Below, piece by piece: positions 13,540-26,696 of a DNA stretch of 64,000 nt. The translations under genes were made by a program, and so were the position numbers. Source of the stretch: Nageia nagi (Eukaryota > Plantae > Pinophyta). The stretch spans positions 113,274,001 through 113,338,000 of the forward strand of contig JBITNC010000001.1 of assembly GCA_050084985.1 (NCBI GenBank), in the 5' to 3' direction. Position 1 is the stretch's first letter, and each line of letters begins with the position of its first letter. A model generated the notes under the pieces. The model was not told the origin of the DNA, made no database searches, and saw only the letters and a program-made list of their open reading frames with translations.

Positions 13540-16500
13540 TGTAATGATGAAACCATTTGTACATGTGAATTTTCTAATGATTCCTTTATATTAATATAAG
13601 CATGAAATTTTTTTTTCTAGTCTTTGATACTAGAAACCTCATCCTTATCATCCCAAAATAGTGGCATAGTTTTCTCTTTCAAATATTCCAATTATGAAAG
13701 ATATTTCCATATGAAGTTTGATCATTATATCCTCCATGATATTATTCAAAGTTGATATCTACTTTATATAACTCACCCTCTTGAACAAGTCTTATCTATT
13801 TTGAGGGGTGATAGAGGTGATTTTATCTTATTTAGCTATACAACCAATTTGCCACCCTCTTTGCTTTATTAAGGGGAAATATAAGAGCATCCTAATAAGT
13901 TTGCAGAAAGGTTTTATCATCATCAATTCCTAATTCTACATTTTCTTGTAATATTTTAACTTTTATCAGGTTGGATGCCTTTACCACTATTTTATTTATT
14001 AATATTTTTTTTCATTTGTTGCAATGGTAATTAAATTCATGCTATTTTGGATCAATATCTGGTTTTCTTTCCTTGGGTTGCAAGATCCTACTTCAATTTC
14101 TTAGCTTATTAGCATTTGGCTTATTTTAACATTATTTTTAGTTGATCCACATCCATTTTTTTCCCTTACAACTCCTTCTTTAGTGCCTATTCCTTTTTCT
14201 TATAAGTCATTACTATAGCTTCCATTTTGGCTCTCAACTCTCCTCATTGCTACTTTCAAGCCCCTTGATTATTTTTTATTTTTCTTAATAGTTTCCTCAA
14301 GACCAAACTTTTTATTTTCTAGGTTCTCTACCCTTTGTTCATATTTTTCAAATCCTTTCCTAATGGCTTCTATAGTGCTGATCCTAAATAATTTTTGATT
14401 ATAGGATAACTTCCTCTTTCATCTTTCTAGACTTTGGCTCAACCACACTCATTACAATGACTTCATGCTTTGGGAGCCTTCGAGGTTATCCTAGGAGTTC
14501 TACCAATTTGTTTGTTAGGGAATTTATACATTAAACATATCTTATACTTATAATAGGGTAAATGATGATGAGGTTATTCTGGAGGACCCTGTTGAGGCTT
14601 TCTCTGAGATATCTTAAGGTGCCTTGTCCATTTAGGATTCTTTTGTTGTTGTGGAATCTCTATATCATATGGGTTTTTTTCACCTGGTACCTTTATTTCT
14701 CATATTTCATCTTATCTATATGTATTTATTACCACTCTTGGGGCACTTCTACATGTGGTTGTTTCATTGTATGTAACTCTATTTCATCTTGCAATTCCCT
14801 AGGCTATTGATATTGAACTGGGGTATGAATTGATGGTTTTCCAAGAGGTTGTCTTGGCATTATTTATGCACTGGGTGGTGGTTTCCCTTTTTATGTGACC
14901 TTTGGTCTCTCCTTTTATAAAATATTTTCTAAAATCTATAAAAATTTATTATAATCCAATTTGATGAGGTTGAAGAGGAGGTTTTTGAGGTACCTAAATC
15001 AATTCTAGAGACACAACTACAACCACTATAGGAGGAGATAAAATTATCTCACCATGGGGCTCTAAGCCTTCTAGGCTCATAGATTCCTCCTCATATAGGT
15101 TAATATGCACTTTGTAAGTGCTATCTCATGATCAGGTGGAGAAAAATTACCTTTCTTTCTCTTTCTTTCCTAGAGTATTTATTATTTTCTTAGGGTGCTC
15201 CTGAATTAACTTCCAATATGATACCTACTTATTTTGTAGCTTGCTCAATTCCAATTTTTGTTTTAATTTTTATCATCTTAGAGGTCATATTTTGAGAAGG
15301 AGTTTCTACCCTTTTCTTGTCTCTTTTTCTAGAGAGAGGGATTTTCTTCTACAACTTGAACAGGGGAATAAGAAGTAGTTGATATAAAATTTGTGGTGTT
15401 TGGACTTTGTAATGCATTTAATAGTTATGACATAGAATTTGCTTCACATGTTGTATCCTATCCATTATCATCTTGAATATATCAAACTTTAAGCCCTCTT
15501 AGCTAGTGTATTTTTTCCCATTTTAAACCTAAATCTTATAAAATATATTATCTTTATCTCATTAAAATGATATTTCTCTCTCAAATCATGCAATAAATTG
15601 TTGGTGAGATTAAAATTCTTCTTCTTATCCTATTTACATTTCCTTGGATAGGATTACATGTTCATCCACACTTTCTGTACTAGAGAGAAATCATAATCTG
15701 GCCCTCTTCTTCTTGTTTCTCATTCATATTTATGAATACCTCCATATATAAGGCCTAGAATCATGCTTAAATGAGGGTCCCTTGGATTGGGCCTTTAATG
15801 TTATTATTGTTATTCCAAGTGGGTCATAGGGCCATGTTGTATCTATTTATTTTAATTGAATTTACTTCTTTATGAAGTTGTGCATATCATAATGTTGGTT
15901 AAATGTGTCTAAGGTAAAATAAAAATACAACTAATGGATACTTTATCAAACTTTTGTGTCTACCCCCAAGCCCAAACTTTATTTATATTATATTAGTTTG
16001 TATAGCAAATTACAATACAAATAGATGCTTGGAAATATATTTGTATTTAACCAAACCTAATAGTCATGTTCCTTGTCTTCATGAAATACCAATCTCTCAT
16101 CTCATTCCCTTTAGCTTGTAATATGATTTTACATTTATATATCAACCTTGGTAAATCTTCCACAATAATTATCCTCATGGAAAGCTCTACCAAGTATTGT
16201 ATAAAATCATAATAGGAACAACTATGGTGGCACATCATATGATTCCTCATCTATTCCAAGGGGAAACCCTTCTACTTAAAGTAGGTAATTTAAGGGGATA
16301 TTTGAGAACTACTCTTGATTTTGGTCTATAACTAACAAGAAAAGGAAATATGAATACCTAAAGTTATCACCTTTATCTAATTTGTCCAAGTGCCAAGAAA
16401 TATGGTATAAGATATATTGCAACCAATGATATTTCATTTGATGCTAGATTATTACTACTATCAATGAAATAATTACAGGCTCCTCCCTAAGTATTATGCT

Positions 16501-19490
16501 AGGGGTTGAAATTACCTCCCTAATTCATAGATTATTGAATCTTGCCATCTCTAGTTCTTGTGGAAACTTTTATTTAAGAAATGAATACTCATGGTTGATA
16601 AATTATAATATTTTCTTGAGAGATTATTCATATCTATATTTCTAATCCTTGGGATCTACAAGTTTCAGTCTCTTCTAATACCAATGTGGAGGAACTATGA
16701 ATCCTTTATCTATAGATGTAACAAAATACTTTATGAATTTAATCTCCTCATTATCTTTAAATGCCATGATAGTAGGTTACTTACTACTCTTCCTTCTTTC
16801 CATACATATGATTAGGTCAAGTGAATGGAATTTCATGAATGGAATATAACATTTGAAAATTGACTCTATGATGTAAACTAGTTTATGCCTTTTAGTCTTT
16901 AGATTTTAAATTCTACCTTATGTAGTAAGAAAGGGCCTCTATGGATCACTTCTCTAAGTATCAAATCTTCCTATTTTTTTATCTCTCCATGAAGACTTAT
17001 TTTTATATTGTTCTTTCTTATAGTCATTATGCTCCTTCATCAACTCCATCATCATCTTAGTAAAATATACATCTCTTGCAACTTACTCTTGTTGTTGCAA
17101 TTTTATCTCTTATTGTTACATGAATATCTCTTGAAAATATTTCTTTGCAATGATTCTTATCTCATATTCATCTATCATAAGTCCCTTTAGTGTTTCATTA
17201 GGTATATATTTCTAATCCATGATATTTTTTGATAATTTTCTTTAAAATCGCTGATCACTTTGCACCCTTACAGTCTTACTATGATACTCTGTAACTATGC
17301 TAAAAATACTTAGGCAAATTTAGAAATAATGAGTAATAAGAACAAGAAAACCCACTTAAGTATTATCTCTTGCATGGTAAAAATTAGTTGAGATGAGTTA
17401 ATCTATCTCCATTTTTCAGGAAGAGTGGACAAGATCATTAGCTTATCGAATGATGAAGCTACCATATTTAATTTGCAAGGCTTTGGAAGCACAACTCATT
17501 TCTCAAGGTAAAATTTAATTAATTTGAATTTTAAAAGAGCTTATAACTAGTTACACTACACTACTTTTTATATTAAATTCATGAAAAAATATACACATGC
17601 TATTTACATTTATTTACAACTACTTACTACTTGAATTTTCAAATTGCCCAATAATGATTTAAATTAGTCCCATTGAAATGGATCATCAGATCTTGATACT
17701 CAAACAAATATTTAAGCTATTATTCATTAATTTATATATCTCCATGATCATGTATGGCCCGATCCAATAGGAATAAACCTTTTTATGTTTCCTAGGCTTT
17801 GCACGATCCTCATCCCACTTAAGCACAAAATCTACCTTTGGGAAAGAGACTTGGGAGGACTTCTTCCTATCAAAACACTTATTTACTATTTATTATATAT
17901 GTTGGAAGGCATGAAAAGCCTTTTCACAATCTTCTTACAATTTGAGAAATTGATTCATCCTTACTTGCAACGTATCTAGGGTTGGGTCCTCCATTTCTTG
18001 CAGTATCTTTATAACAAGCAATTCCAAGTGAATAGGTAGCACTGGTATTTTCTCATATACTAAAATATATAAAGAGGTTGTAATTGCATTATTTATACTT
18101 TATCCTATCCTCCCATAGTGCATGATCCTATTTTGTATTCCATTTCCTTTAATTCCATTCTATGGGCCTTTTAGTTATCTTGGTCATATTTTTGTTGGTG
18201 GAATTGATCAATCCATTACCTTGCTGGTAAAAATTAGATGATATTCTCCAAAAAATTTCATAATCTGCAATGAATTGGGATATATTTTCATCCAAGAATA
18301 TTAGCTTATTATTTGAAATGATGGTTTGTGAAATTCTAAATCTAGTGATCAATTTCTAGAAAAGATCAATCATTCCATCTTGATCTTCATTTCTACATGG
18401 CATTGACTCATCCCATCAAGAAAAATAATATGTTGTTATAATGATGAATTTATAATTGAGTAATGAGTTTGGGTTTAACACCCTAATAAAATCTAGATCC
18501 CACTACTAGAGTGGTTCTTCAATGATAACTAATTTGAGTGATATAGAAACTTTCCTTATTTTTCTAATGAATCTATTGCATTTATCACATTCCCAGGCTA
18601 TTTTGAATGAGTATTGGAATACAATTGGCCAATAATAACATGCTTATAATATTTTAGCCATCGTAATATGCTTGGAGAATATCCTTCAAAAAATCCATGA
18701 TGGAATTAATATAATATTCTCTTGAATTCATTATGGGATACACACTTGAGTAGAGTTACATCAAAGTTTTTCCTATATAATTGGTACTCAATCAATGTAT
18801 AGTTAAAAGCATTTAATTTGATTCTTATTCTTTGAGACTCATCAAATTATTTTGGAACTTTTACAATCTCGAAGTAAATACTAAACTATTTGATCTAGTC
18901 AGTCTTTTGATTGTGTTGCATATCATAAATAATAGTAAAAATTTGGACCATCATTGTAAATCATAAAGAGATCTTCTATAGACAAGCTTATTTGGCTTAA
19001 TTTAAATATCAAAATTATAGAATCTTGGTAGCCCAACTAGCTTTACCTTCACCTGAGTCACCTTGTATGATATAATCTCTAACATCTAGGTGAATGGTTT
19101 AAATCAATTTTTTTTCTTTGAGAAACATAATATTTGAATTTCTTGAGTCCATTTATAATAGCAAACACTTATTTTTCAACAAAGGATTATCTCTCTTTAT
19201 GGTCATGAAGCTTATAGCTATGAAAAGAAATGGGACGTTCTTCCTATATCATTATTCTATGTAAGGATGGTTGCTATGCTTTTATCTTCTTCATGTTCAT
19301 ACATAATAAAATCCTTAGAAAAATCAATATTTTTGAGTATTGGGGATTTTACTACAACCCTTTTGATATTATGGAAGACTTCTTTTTCTTTTAGGGATCA
19401 TTTGAATTATACATCTTTATTCAATATTATTGTGATAGGTATCATTATCTTGGAAAAGACATTGATGAAATTATGTTCAAAATTAATTTT
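13540..19490 (-). mobile_element. 3' half of a Tat-like Ty3/gypsy element: RT end, RNase H, integrase, extra 3' coding region, PPT/LTR remnant
   Basis: Minus strand: KINF RT/connection (~19480), RH ~18990-19300, integrase 18149-18352 (ITRF..QTIIS.N...SSNFYQQGNGL..STNKN) and GPY-like motif ~17750. PPT-like aaagagggtggcaaat at ~13847-13862. Left boundary uncertain. Confidence 0.75.
17650..19490 (-). pseudogene. pol: Degenerate pol (RH-INT, no archaeal RNase H between them)
   Basis: Integrase core and zinc-binding region (YYWP..F...C..C) readable across stops and frameshifts. Confidence 0.8.
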
Positions 19491-19954
19491 ACAAGGGAGA
19501 CTAAGAGTTATCTTATGAATTGTATTTTCTAAGTGTATTCTCTTATTTTAGGAGTGTTACAGGTGTATGTAGGAGGATATATCACTTTCATATTGATGGT
19601 ACTTATCTGTACTTGTGTAACACAACCCATACTTTCACCATCTAAACCCTTAAATTTAGGACCAATTTTTTTTGAAAATTTTTATCGATCTAAGGTTCAT
19701 TATTAATATACTTATATCCCACATGTATTATATATTGATACCTTATCAACTTTATTTAGTCCTCTTCCTTTCTTTGTATGTACAAGGGTGCATTCACTAG
19801 GTAGTCCTACCCTTGCTTGCGAGAGGATACTCTTGATGATCATACCTTTGTTTTATTTAAACTTCATTACCATATCCTTGAGCTTGAGAGGGTATACATG
19901 TCACATCATAAAGATTTAATATCACTAGTTTAAGTGCAAACCTTATATTAACTT

Positions 19955-22023
19955 TGTTCAAGAAATCCTACTATTTGGATCCCATTTAATTTGCTCTTTT
20001 CTCCAACTATTCAAAACTATTTTCCATAGTATCCCCAAATGATGTGAATTCAGCTGTAAAAGGAAAATAGAAATTGAAATCCAATCACAAAATGTACAGA
20101 AGAAATCCGGACCAAATACTCTTCTTATTCCTGAATCCACCTCCTTCTCCCAGAGAATACAATCCTTTTAAATAGCAACAAAAAAGCTAAAAAACCAAAA
20201 TGAGTCAGATTGCACCCAAAATTTGCATGCGCATCGCTCTTACACTAATTAAGCATTATCTAAAATACTAGCACTTAACTAAAAGAAAAACAAGAGTTAT
20301 TAAAGCTGCAACATGCAAAAAAGCCTAAAAATCGGAAGTGCTCTTAAAAAAGCCTATTTTTAGGACCTTAGATGGATGAATCAGGTCTTAAAAATATCAT
20401 TTTTTGGGTATGGTAGTTCTAGTGAATTGCCATATTTAGAAAATCTTCATGAGGCCACAGTCCAAAATTTGGAGCAAAACGACATCCGAATCAAAAGTTA
20501 CGGCCCCGGCAACACATGCATCATTCTCCTCTGGTGAAAAAGAACTCAGCTCCTGCGAGTTCAACTGATTGAAATTCTTGAAGCTTTTGGTTATCAATAT
20601 TCTATAACTCTAACTCTAAAACCCAAGTATTAGATGATTATGGGAGTCCCTCCCATTGAACCAAATATCTGTTGTAGTTCCCATGCCGTGTAGTGGTAAC
20701 CCTCTTATCAAGTATACGGGCTACATAATCTTTTTTCTTCTTGGGAATTTGTTGAACCCAATCCACTGTATCTTGTAAGCCATCATCCTCCAGATTACCA
20801 AAATACTAAAATAAATCAGAAACATTAAAAACTAGGGAGATATCAAAATCATCAAGCAATTCAACTCTATAAGCATTATCATTGATTTTCTTCAGAATCT
20901 TGCAGGGCCCAATCTTCTTAAGCTTCAGTTTATTATATGTCCCTTTAGGAAATATTTCCTTTCGAAGATGTAACATGACCAAATCACCTTCTGTAAACAC
21001 TTTCACCCTCCTATGTGCATCAACGGTTGTCTTATACTGAGCATTACTATTTTGTAATTTGGCTTTCACTGATTCTTGCACTTCGTATATATGCTCAGCA
21101 AAGGCTTCTACCTCATCACTAACCTGTTCTCCCATTGGTAGCTCAACCAGATCCAAAACACCTCTAGGATTTTGACCATAAACTATTTGAAAAGGGGATT
21201 TACCTATTGACCGATTCACAGAGCTATTATATGCAAATTCATCTTACGATAAGGCTAGATCCCATTGCTTTGGCTTATCCCCAACTATGCATCGTAAAAG
21301 ATTTCCCAAGCTTCTGTTTACCACCTCAGTTTGGCCATCGGTCTGTGGATGATAGGCACTACTGAACTGTAGCCTGGTATTCAACTTCCTCCATAATGTC
21401 CTCTAAAAATGGCCCAAGAACTTAGAATCTCGATCAGAAGTAATAGTCTTAGGAACACCATGCAACCGCACAACCTCATCAAAAAATAAGACTGTAATCT
21501 TCGTGACATCATTAGTTTTCTGACAAGGAAGGAAATGTGCCATTTTGGAAAACCTATCCACCACAACAAAAATGGAATCCTTACCTCGTTGGGTCTTGGG
21601 TAGCCCTAGCACAAAATCCATGCTCAAATCGATCCAAGGGCCTGTAGGAGTTGGGAGTGGCATGTACAGCCCTGTATTCTGTGCATGGCCCTTAGCTGTC
21701 TGGCACACCCTGCATCTAGAGACAAATCAAACCACATCTCTCTTCATCTTTGGCCAATAATACTTCTCTGCTATACGAGTCATAGTTTTGGCTACTCCAA
21801 AATGACCAGCCAGACCTCCACTATGCAATTCCCTCAAGATGTTCTCCCGCATAGAGCCATTGGGAATGCACAATCGATTACCTTTAAATAGGTAACCATT
21901 CTAAAGAAAATATTCATCAAAATTTGCGTGAGAATCACCCTCTACTGGGTTCTTACATTGCTGCACAATATTCTCAAAATCTGTAACGCATCAAAAGTTA
22001 CAGCCCCAGCAACGCATGCATCA
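19955..22023 (-). mobile_element. Younger CRM-like chromovirus deletion derivative: 5' LTR stub, integrase-chromodomain, PPT, truncated 3' LTR
   Basis: atcaaaagttac(a/g)gcccc(a/g)gcaac(g/a)catgcatca at 21990-22023 and 20490-20523 is the LTR start on the minus strand. PPT agaggagaa at 20524-20532. CpGs retained. Confidence 0.85.
20530..21980 (-). pseudogene. pol: Integrase with C-terminal chromodomain, few stops
   Basis: ELHSGGLAGHFG..KT...[65 protein letters not shown], and chromodomain-like YLVQWEGLP. Confidence 0.92.
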
Positions 22024-22996
22024 CCAAACTATCCTATTTCTTCCTATTTTTTTCTTATTTAATGCTGAAGGATCCCTAACATCTCCCAATTGATTCACAT
22101 ATATAATTGAGGACTATAGCCTTTAGTATTAGTGGTTATCTTCGACATTAGGTTGGATTCTTATTCTAAAATTTTACCTCTCTTAATTATTTAGTATCCC
22201 AAGTTTCATTAAATAGTGTTAGGGACACTTTCCCTATTAAAATTTTAGGTCTAAACTTGGAATACTTCTGAAAAATCATACAAACCATAGTTTAGGGTTA
22301 ACACATAGTATTTAGACTCATTCATAAATCTATCAATAAACATAGTAAGAAATATTTTCTAAATTATTAATGCATTCAAAAAAAATATAGTGAAATTAAA
22401 CTTTTGCATTCATGAAACTTTTAGCATATAAAGATCCATAAAATCATCAATGTATGCCAACATATAGTAAGGAGAATTAGAGTTTGTTTAAACTTAAGTT
22501 GTTATACTATGCATCATTGATCATTTAATGAGTAAAATCCTAATCATGGATGAACCTAATACTTTTCAAAGATCATAACCCTTGAAACATTGACTAGCTT
22601 TTCTTCTTGCTAACCTCCTTAGTACATCCAATATCAAGTAACAAAATATACATCATTTGAAAACTTCTTAGATCATGATTTCTATAGTCAAAATAGGTCT
22701 TCATAATTACTCTTGCAATCTTTTTTTCACTTACCCTCCAAAGTTTCCATGAGTGAGTGGTCATAAGTACTAAGAAATATTTGTGAGCATGGGAGGATCA
22801 GGACAACTCATCTCTTTGGACCTTAATTCATGAGATTTATATCTAAATTTTGATACATCACATACTCAATTTAGGGCCTCAAGAGGTTTTACACCTTTGA
22901 TGAGGCTACCTCTCTTCCTCGACCATATAGTATTAAAAGAAACATTCAAACAAGATTCAAATGAAGATCTATTATTCTTGAAGAACCTTATCAATA

Positions 22997-22998
<2 letters not shown>

Positions 22999-23031
<33 letters not shown>
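22999..23031. repeat. (AT)n microsatellite
   Basis: About 16 perfect AT units. Confidence 0.95.
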
Positions 23032-23033
<2 letters not shown>

Positions 23034-23619
23034 AACCAAGTAGTGTTAATTTTGACTATATTCATTAATGGTATTTCCAATAAATACTATGCTTCTTGCA
23101 TTCAATCTCATTAACTCAATAAATTTTCTTAATTCAAAGATTACAATGATTTGTACCTTCTCTAACTTATTATTAAATACAACTTAACTTAATAAAGATG
23201 CATAATTTTTATTTTAAAACTTAATTATAAAGGTATTTCAAAAATTACTACAATTGATCTATTTTCATTAATAGTTTTTCAAACTACTATAAAAAGAATC
23301 GAAACCCTTATAATTATGATGAGCAATTATTACGAAACTTAGATTAACTCTCAAAATAAATACTTGTAATCTAATTCTTATTATGGTGGACAATTAGTAA
23401 CTCTCAAAATAAATACTCTACCATTAGACAAACCAAAAATAATCTAAATTTTACCAACCATTTATTTATTATTATTATTATTAATTTTAAGATCAATTAA
23501 CTATATAAAATTTATATCTTTGACCCCATTCGTAAAGCCCTTATCACTCTACATTATAATAACTAAATATTATATTAAAATCCAATTAAATGCTTTATAG
23601 GATAATTGTAAATCAAATA

Positions 23620-25150
23620 GACAAGGAGGAACCTGTGAACTGTTTGACAGAGAGCTCCGCTCCACCAAAAGGTCTGAAAAATACTTGCTCGTAGATAATC
23701 CAGTAGAATTGACGATATTGAGGGTTTAGACACACAACATTTAGTGATGTGATGACAATGGCTTTAGACATAGACTATGAGAAAGGTCTGCAAGAAGTTT
23801 GGCAATGCGTAGACTATATTTAGGTCTTGTAGACGTAACTAAAATCTTTTATTTCATTTCATTAAAATGACCTCGCTATGCCAAAAAAACTGGATACGTT
23901 GGAAGGATCGTATTAGAATGTCTTATTCAATACCATCTCATGGAGTGCAATGATGATGGAGCATACACATAATGTTTTTCCTGAAAAAATATAGCGAAAT
24001 CAGATCCGATGCAATTGTCAAATGTATTTCCAAACTTAGCAACCTCTCTGGGAATTTTACTCAAGATCCTATTCCATTAGGATACACAAAAAATGGTTTT
24101 CTAAAAAGATTATTTAGGCGTTTATATGGATGTAAGTATAAAACTAAACTTTGCGAGCTTACAAGTACTCCTTTGACATGTACTATAGTAGAATTATAGA
24201 ATAGAAGAGGGCATAGACAGCTCTGAAGTAGACACAGGGGTAGAGTCAAAATAGACTAATTCGAGGGTAAATCACTTGTAAATATTTTGGGAGATCAAGG
24301 TTCTGAAAATAAATTTGAAACGCATGGAAGTGATTTCACTAGTAGACATGTATGCAAAATGTAGACGCATAGAGATAGTATGTGAATGTTTAGTAAGATA
24401 CCTGATGCAAATATAGTCTCATGAAATGCCTTGGTTGCAAGATACACACAAAATGGTTCAACATTCTTCTGGCATGTTTTACCATGGGAAATCCAGGAGG
24501 AGGTTTGGGAAAACATCAAAACATGGTTGATACTGGTTTTCCATCGAATATATTTTCATGGATTGCAATGAGGGTAATATACGCACAATATGGGTTTCCT
24601 AAAAAGGCGCAGAAGACTTTCGAAATAGTAAAACCAAAATCTAAAATATTTTTTAGCATTTTACCAACGCTTTTCGTCATATAAGCTCTTAAAGAAAGTG
24701 TGGGTGCGCCGGTATACATGTATCCAAAATATGAACGCGTAGAGAAGGCACGAAGATCCATTAAAAAGTAGTTGAAAATATTTCTTATAAGAATTTATGT
24801 ATGCAAACGTGAGGAATACATAAGAACTAGGAATAGTTTATCAAGATACATGATGGAGATGGTGTTTCATGGCCTGCAATGATCATAAAATATGTACATT
24901 TGTTTTTTTTTAACATAAAGTGGGCGTAAATGTCCTGAGAGACATGTATGTAATATGTGGATAACTACACAAGACCCTCTTGTAAATCCAGATTACAAAA
25001 TATGCATAGGATGGGTTTTTCTGAGAAGGCGAGGGCGACTCAAATTGAATAGTTAGGTGTAGGTCAGACTTTGAAATCTTTATCAGTATTCTTCTGGCAT
25101 TGTACCACCATAGAAGGTTTAGAAGAAGGTATTGAGATCCATAAAAAAGG
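23620..25150 (+). pseudogene. Highly diverged PLS-class PPR-derived sequence
   Basis: Motif remnants ELFDR (~23636), ISWSAMM...THN.F (~23935), GYTKNGF (~24079), LVDMYAKCRRIE (~24340), PDANIVS*NALVARYTQNG (~24401), ORF 24421-24684 (FSWIAM...YAQYGFPKKA..TF..VKP....F.SILP) and LEEGIEIH (~25118). Confidence 0.85.
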
Positions 25151-25151
25151 A

Positions 25152-26280
25152 GTTGCCAACTATTCGTGTCCTCTCAAGAAATTAAAGGTTTTGTCTCTCT
25201 ACCTTTATAATTAAGTAAAGAGTACAACACTTCACATGTCATATACCAATCAAGAAGGTCTCTTCAAGTACCTTAATAGTATTAATATGATAAAAATGAA
25301 CCCATCTTCTTTCAACAAATTATAATAAATGCAAATAAGATTTACAATGTAACTAAATAATTGTACAAAACTTTACATGTAGAAATATCAAATAGTTCTA
25401 AAGAAGTCTTTTACAAAGTACTTTACTAATAAAATAATGAAATGAACCTATCTTTCTTCAAATAATAAGAAATACAATATACTCACAATGCAACCAAGCA
25501 TTTTTGAGACCAAATAACTAAAAAGAAAAAGAGAGAGTACCTCGAGCTTAAGAGGAGGGGATTCTTTTTTCCATAGGACTCTAAACCAGAGTTCTTGGAA
25601 AGAATGATAGAGAATGCTTATTCCTCTAAAATTCCTCCATATTTATAGGTAAAATGGGGCTAATCCTTTCAAGAAAAGAACTATTGTTCCATCCCATCAC
25701 ATTCATACATAGGGTAAAGATGTTTTTATTTTTTTGTAAAGGTTTTGGGACATATACAAAACTTTATTTCAAATCATTTGTTCCTACCATAAAATATTAA
25801 TTTGTGTAGGGTTGAGAGCTCAATTGTTTGAAGATGCCAAGTAACCTAACTATTTAGAAAAGATAAGTGATCCCTCTTACCCCTAAGTTTAGTTTTTATT
25901 GATTTTCATTAATATCCTTGGTGAAAACATGAATTTCAATCAATAAAATATTCTTTATAATTAGTCAATAAACTTTTAAAAATGCACATCAACCTTTTAA
26001 CACACATCTATTACCTATAATAATCCCTTCAACTTGCAAGATAAATTTATTAGTTCACATTCACACCCATATACAAAGGCATTATCAAAAACATAGTTTT
26101 AAAGTACATGTATATAACTTATGAGGGGTCCTTATGAGTTTATCAATTCAATTCCAATCATTTCCTTGCTCCTACCAATCCATTCCATTAACCACTCATC
26201 CTGATCCCAAGGGATCTCCATCTTAGTTCTTTTGCTAGATCGACGTGTCACCTGTGTCACACAAAATCTTGAAGCCAACA
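25152..26280 (-). mobile_element. Probable solo LTR
   Basis: Minus strand begins TGTTGGC at 26280, has cctataaat at ~25641-25649 and ends near ...GGCAAC at ~25152. No matching TSD. Confidence 0.45.
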
Positions 26281-26684
26281 TCAAATTGATACAAATAATA
26301 CATATTTCCATTTAAAATTCATCATCACATAGTAATATTTCAAATATGGTTTCATTTACATCCTCGATAGTACTCGAGGTCAAATAGGGCCATTAAGCAA
26401 GTCATTATAACTTGTACAAATTATAATGTTTCATAAATAATAGGAAGAAGTACACCCATTCCATGCTTCATTAGTCCACATTGGATGAAATGGGGTAAAT
26501 CACTATATTAATTTTTTATGTATGATTAAATTCAAATTATATGTTATTGTTGTTTAGTATTTAATCAAATTTTATCAACTTTCATATGCATTTTGATGGG
26601 TAACATGGTGTATGCAATTTCATTTTTCAAATCTATAAGTGAGGATCTGAGTATGCTATAAGCATCTGGTGATTACATATCATG

Positions 26685-26696
26685 TAGTATCAGAGC
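26685..26696 (+). promoter_or_regulatory. Primer binding site, initiator tRNA-Met
   Basis: tagtatcagagc vs canonical TGGTATCAGAGC, 2 nt after the LTR end. Confidence 0.85.

Larger units (their letters stand above)
19616..26433. mobile_element. Composite insertion into the chromovirus 5' LTR with LTR-like termini (probable solo LTR with later insertions)
   Basis: Starts TGTAACA and ends TGTTTCA; removing it rejoins the host LTR next to its TATA-like box. No TSD visible. Confidence 0.5.

Noticed and set aside
19493-19530. Apparent in-frame RT continuation (IHKITL) joining to 58321
   Set aside because: The same bases align better with the chromovirus LTR (~57961-57995); the junction is a deletion, not a clean insertion site.
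19549-19561. gtgttaca read as a separate LTR end
   Set aside because: It is internal to the chromovirus U3 (matches gtattgca at ~58022).
24421-24684. Functional PPR protein gene
   Set aside because: Motifs are truncated and frameshifted; no continuous P-L-S array.
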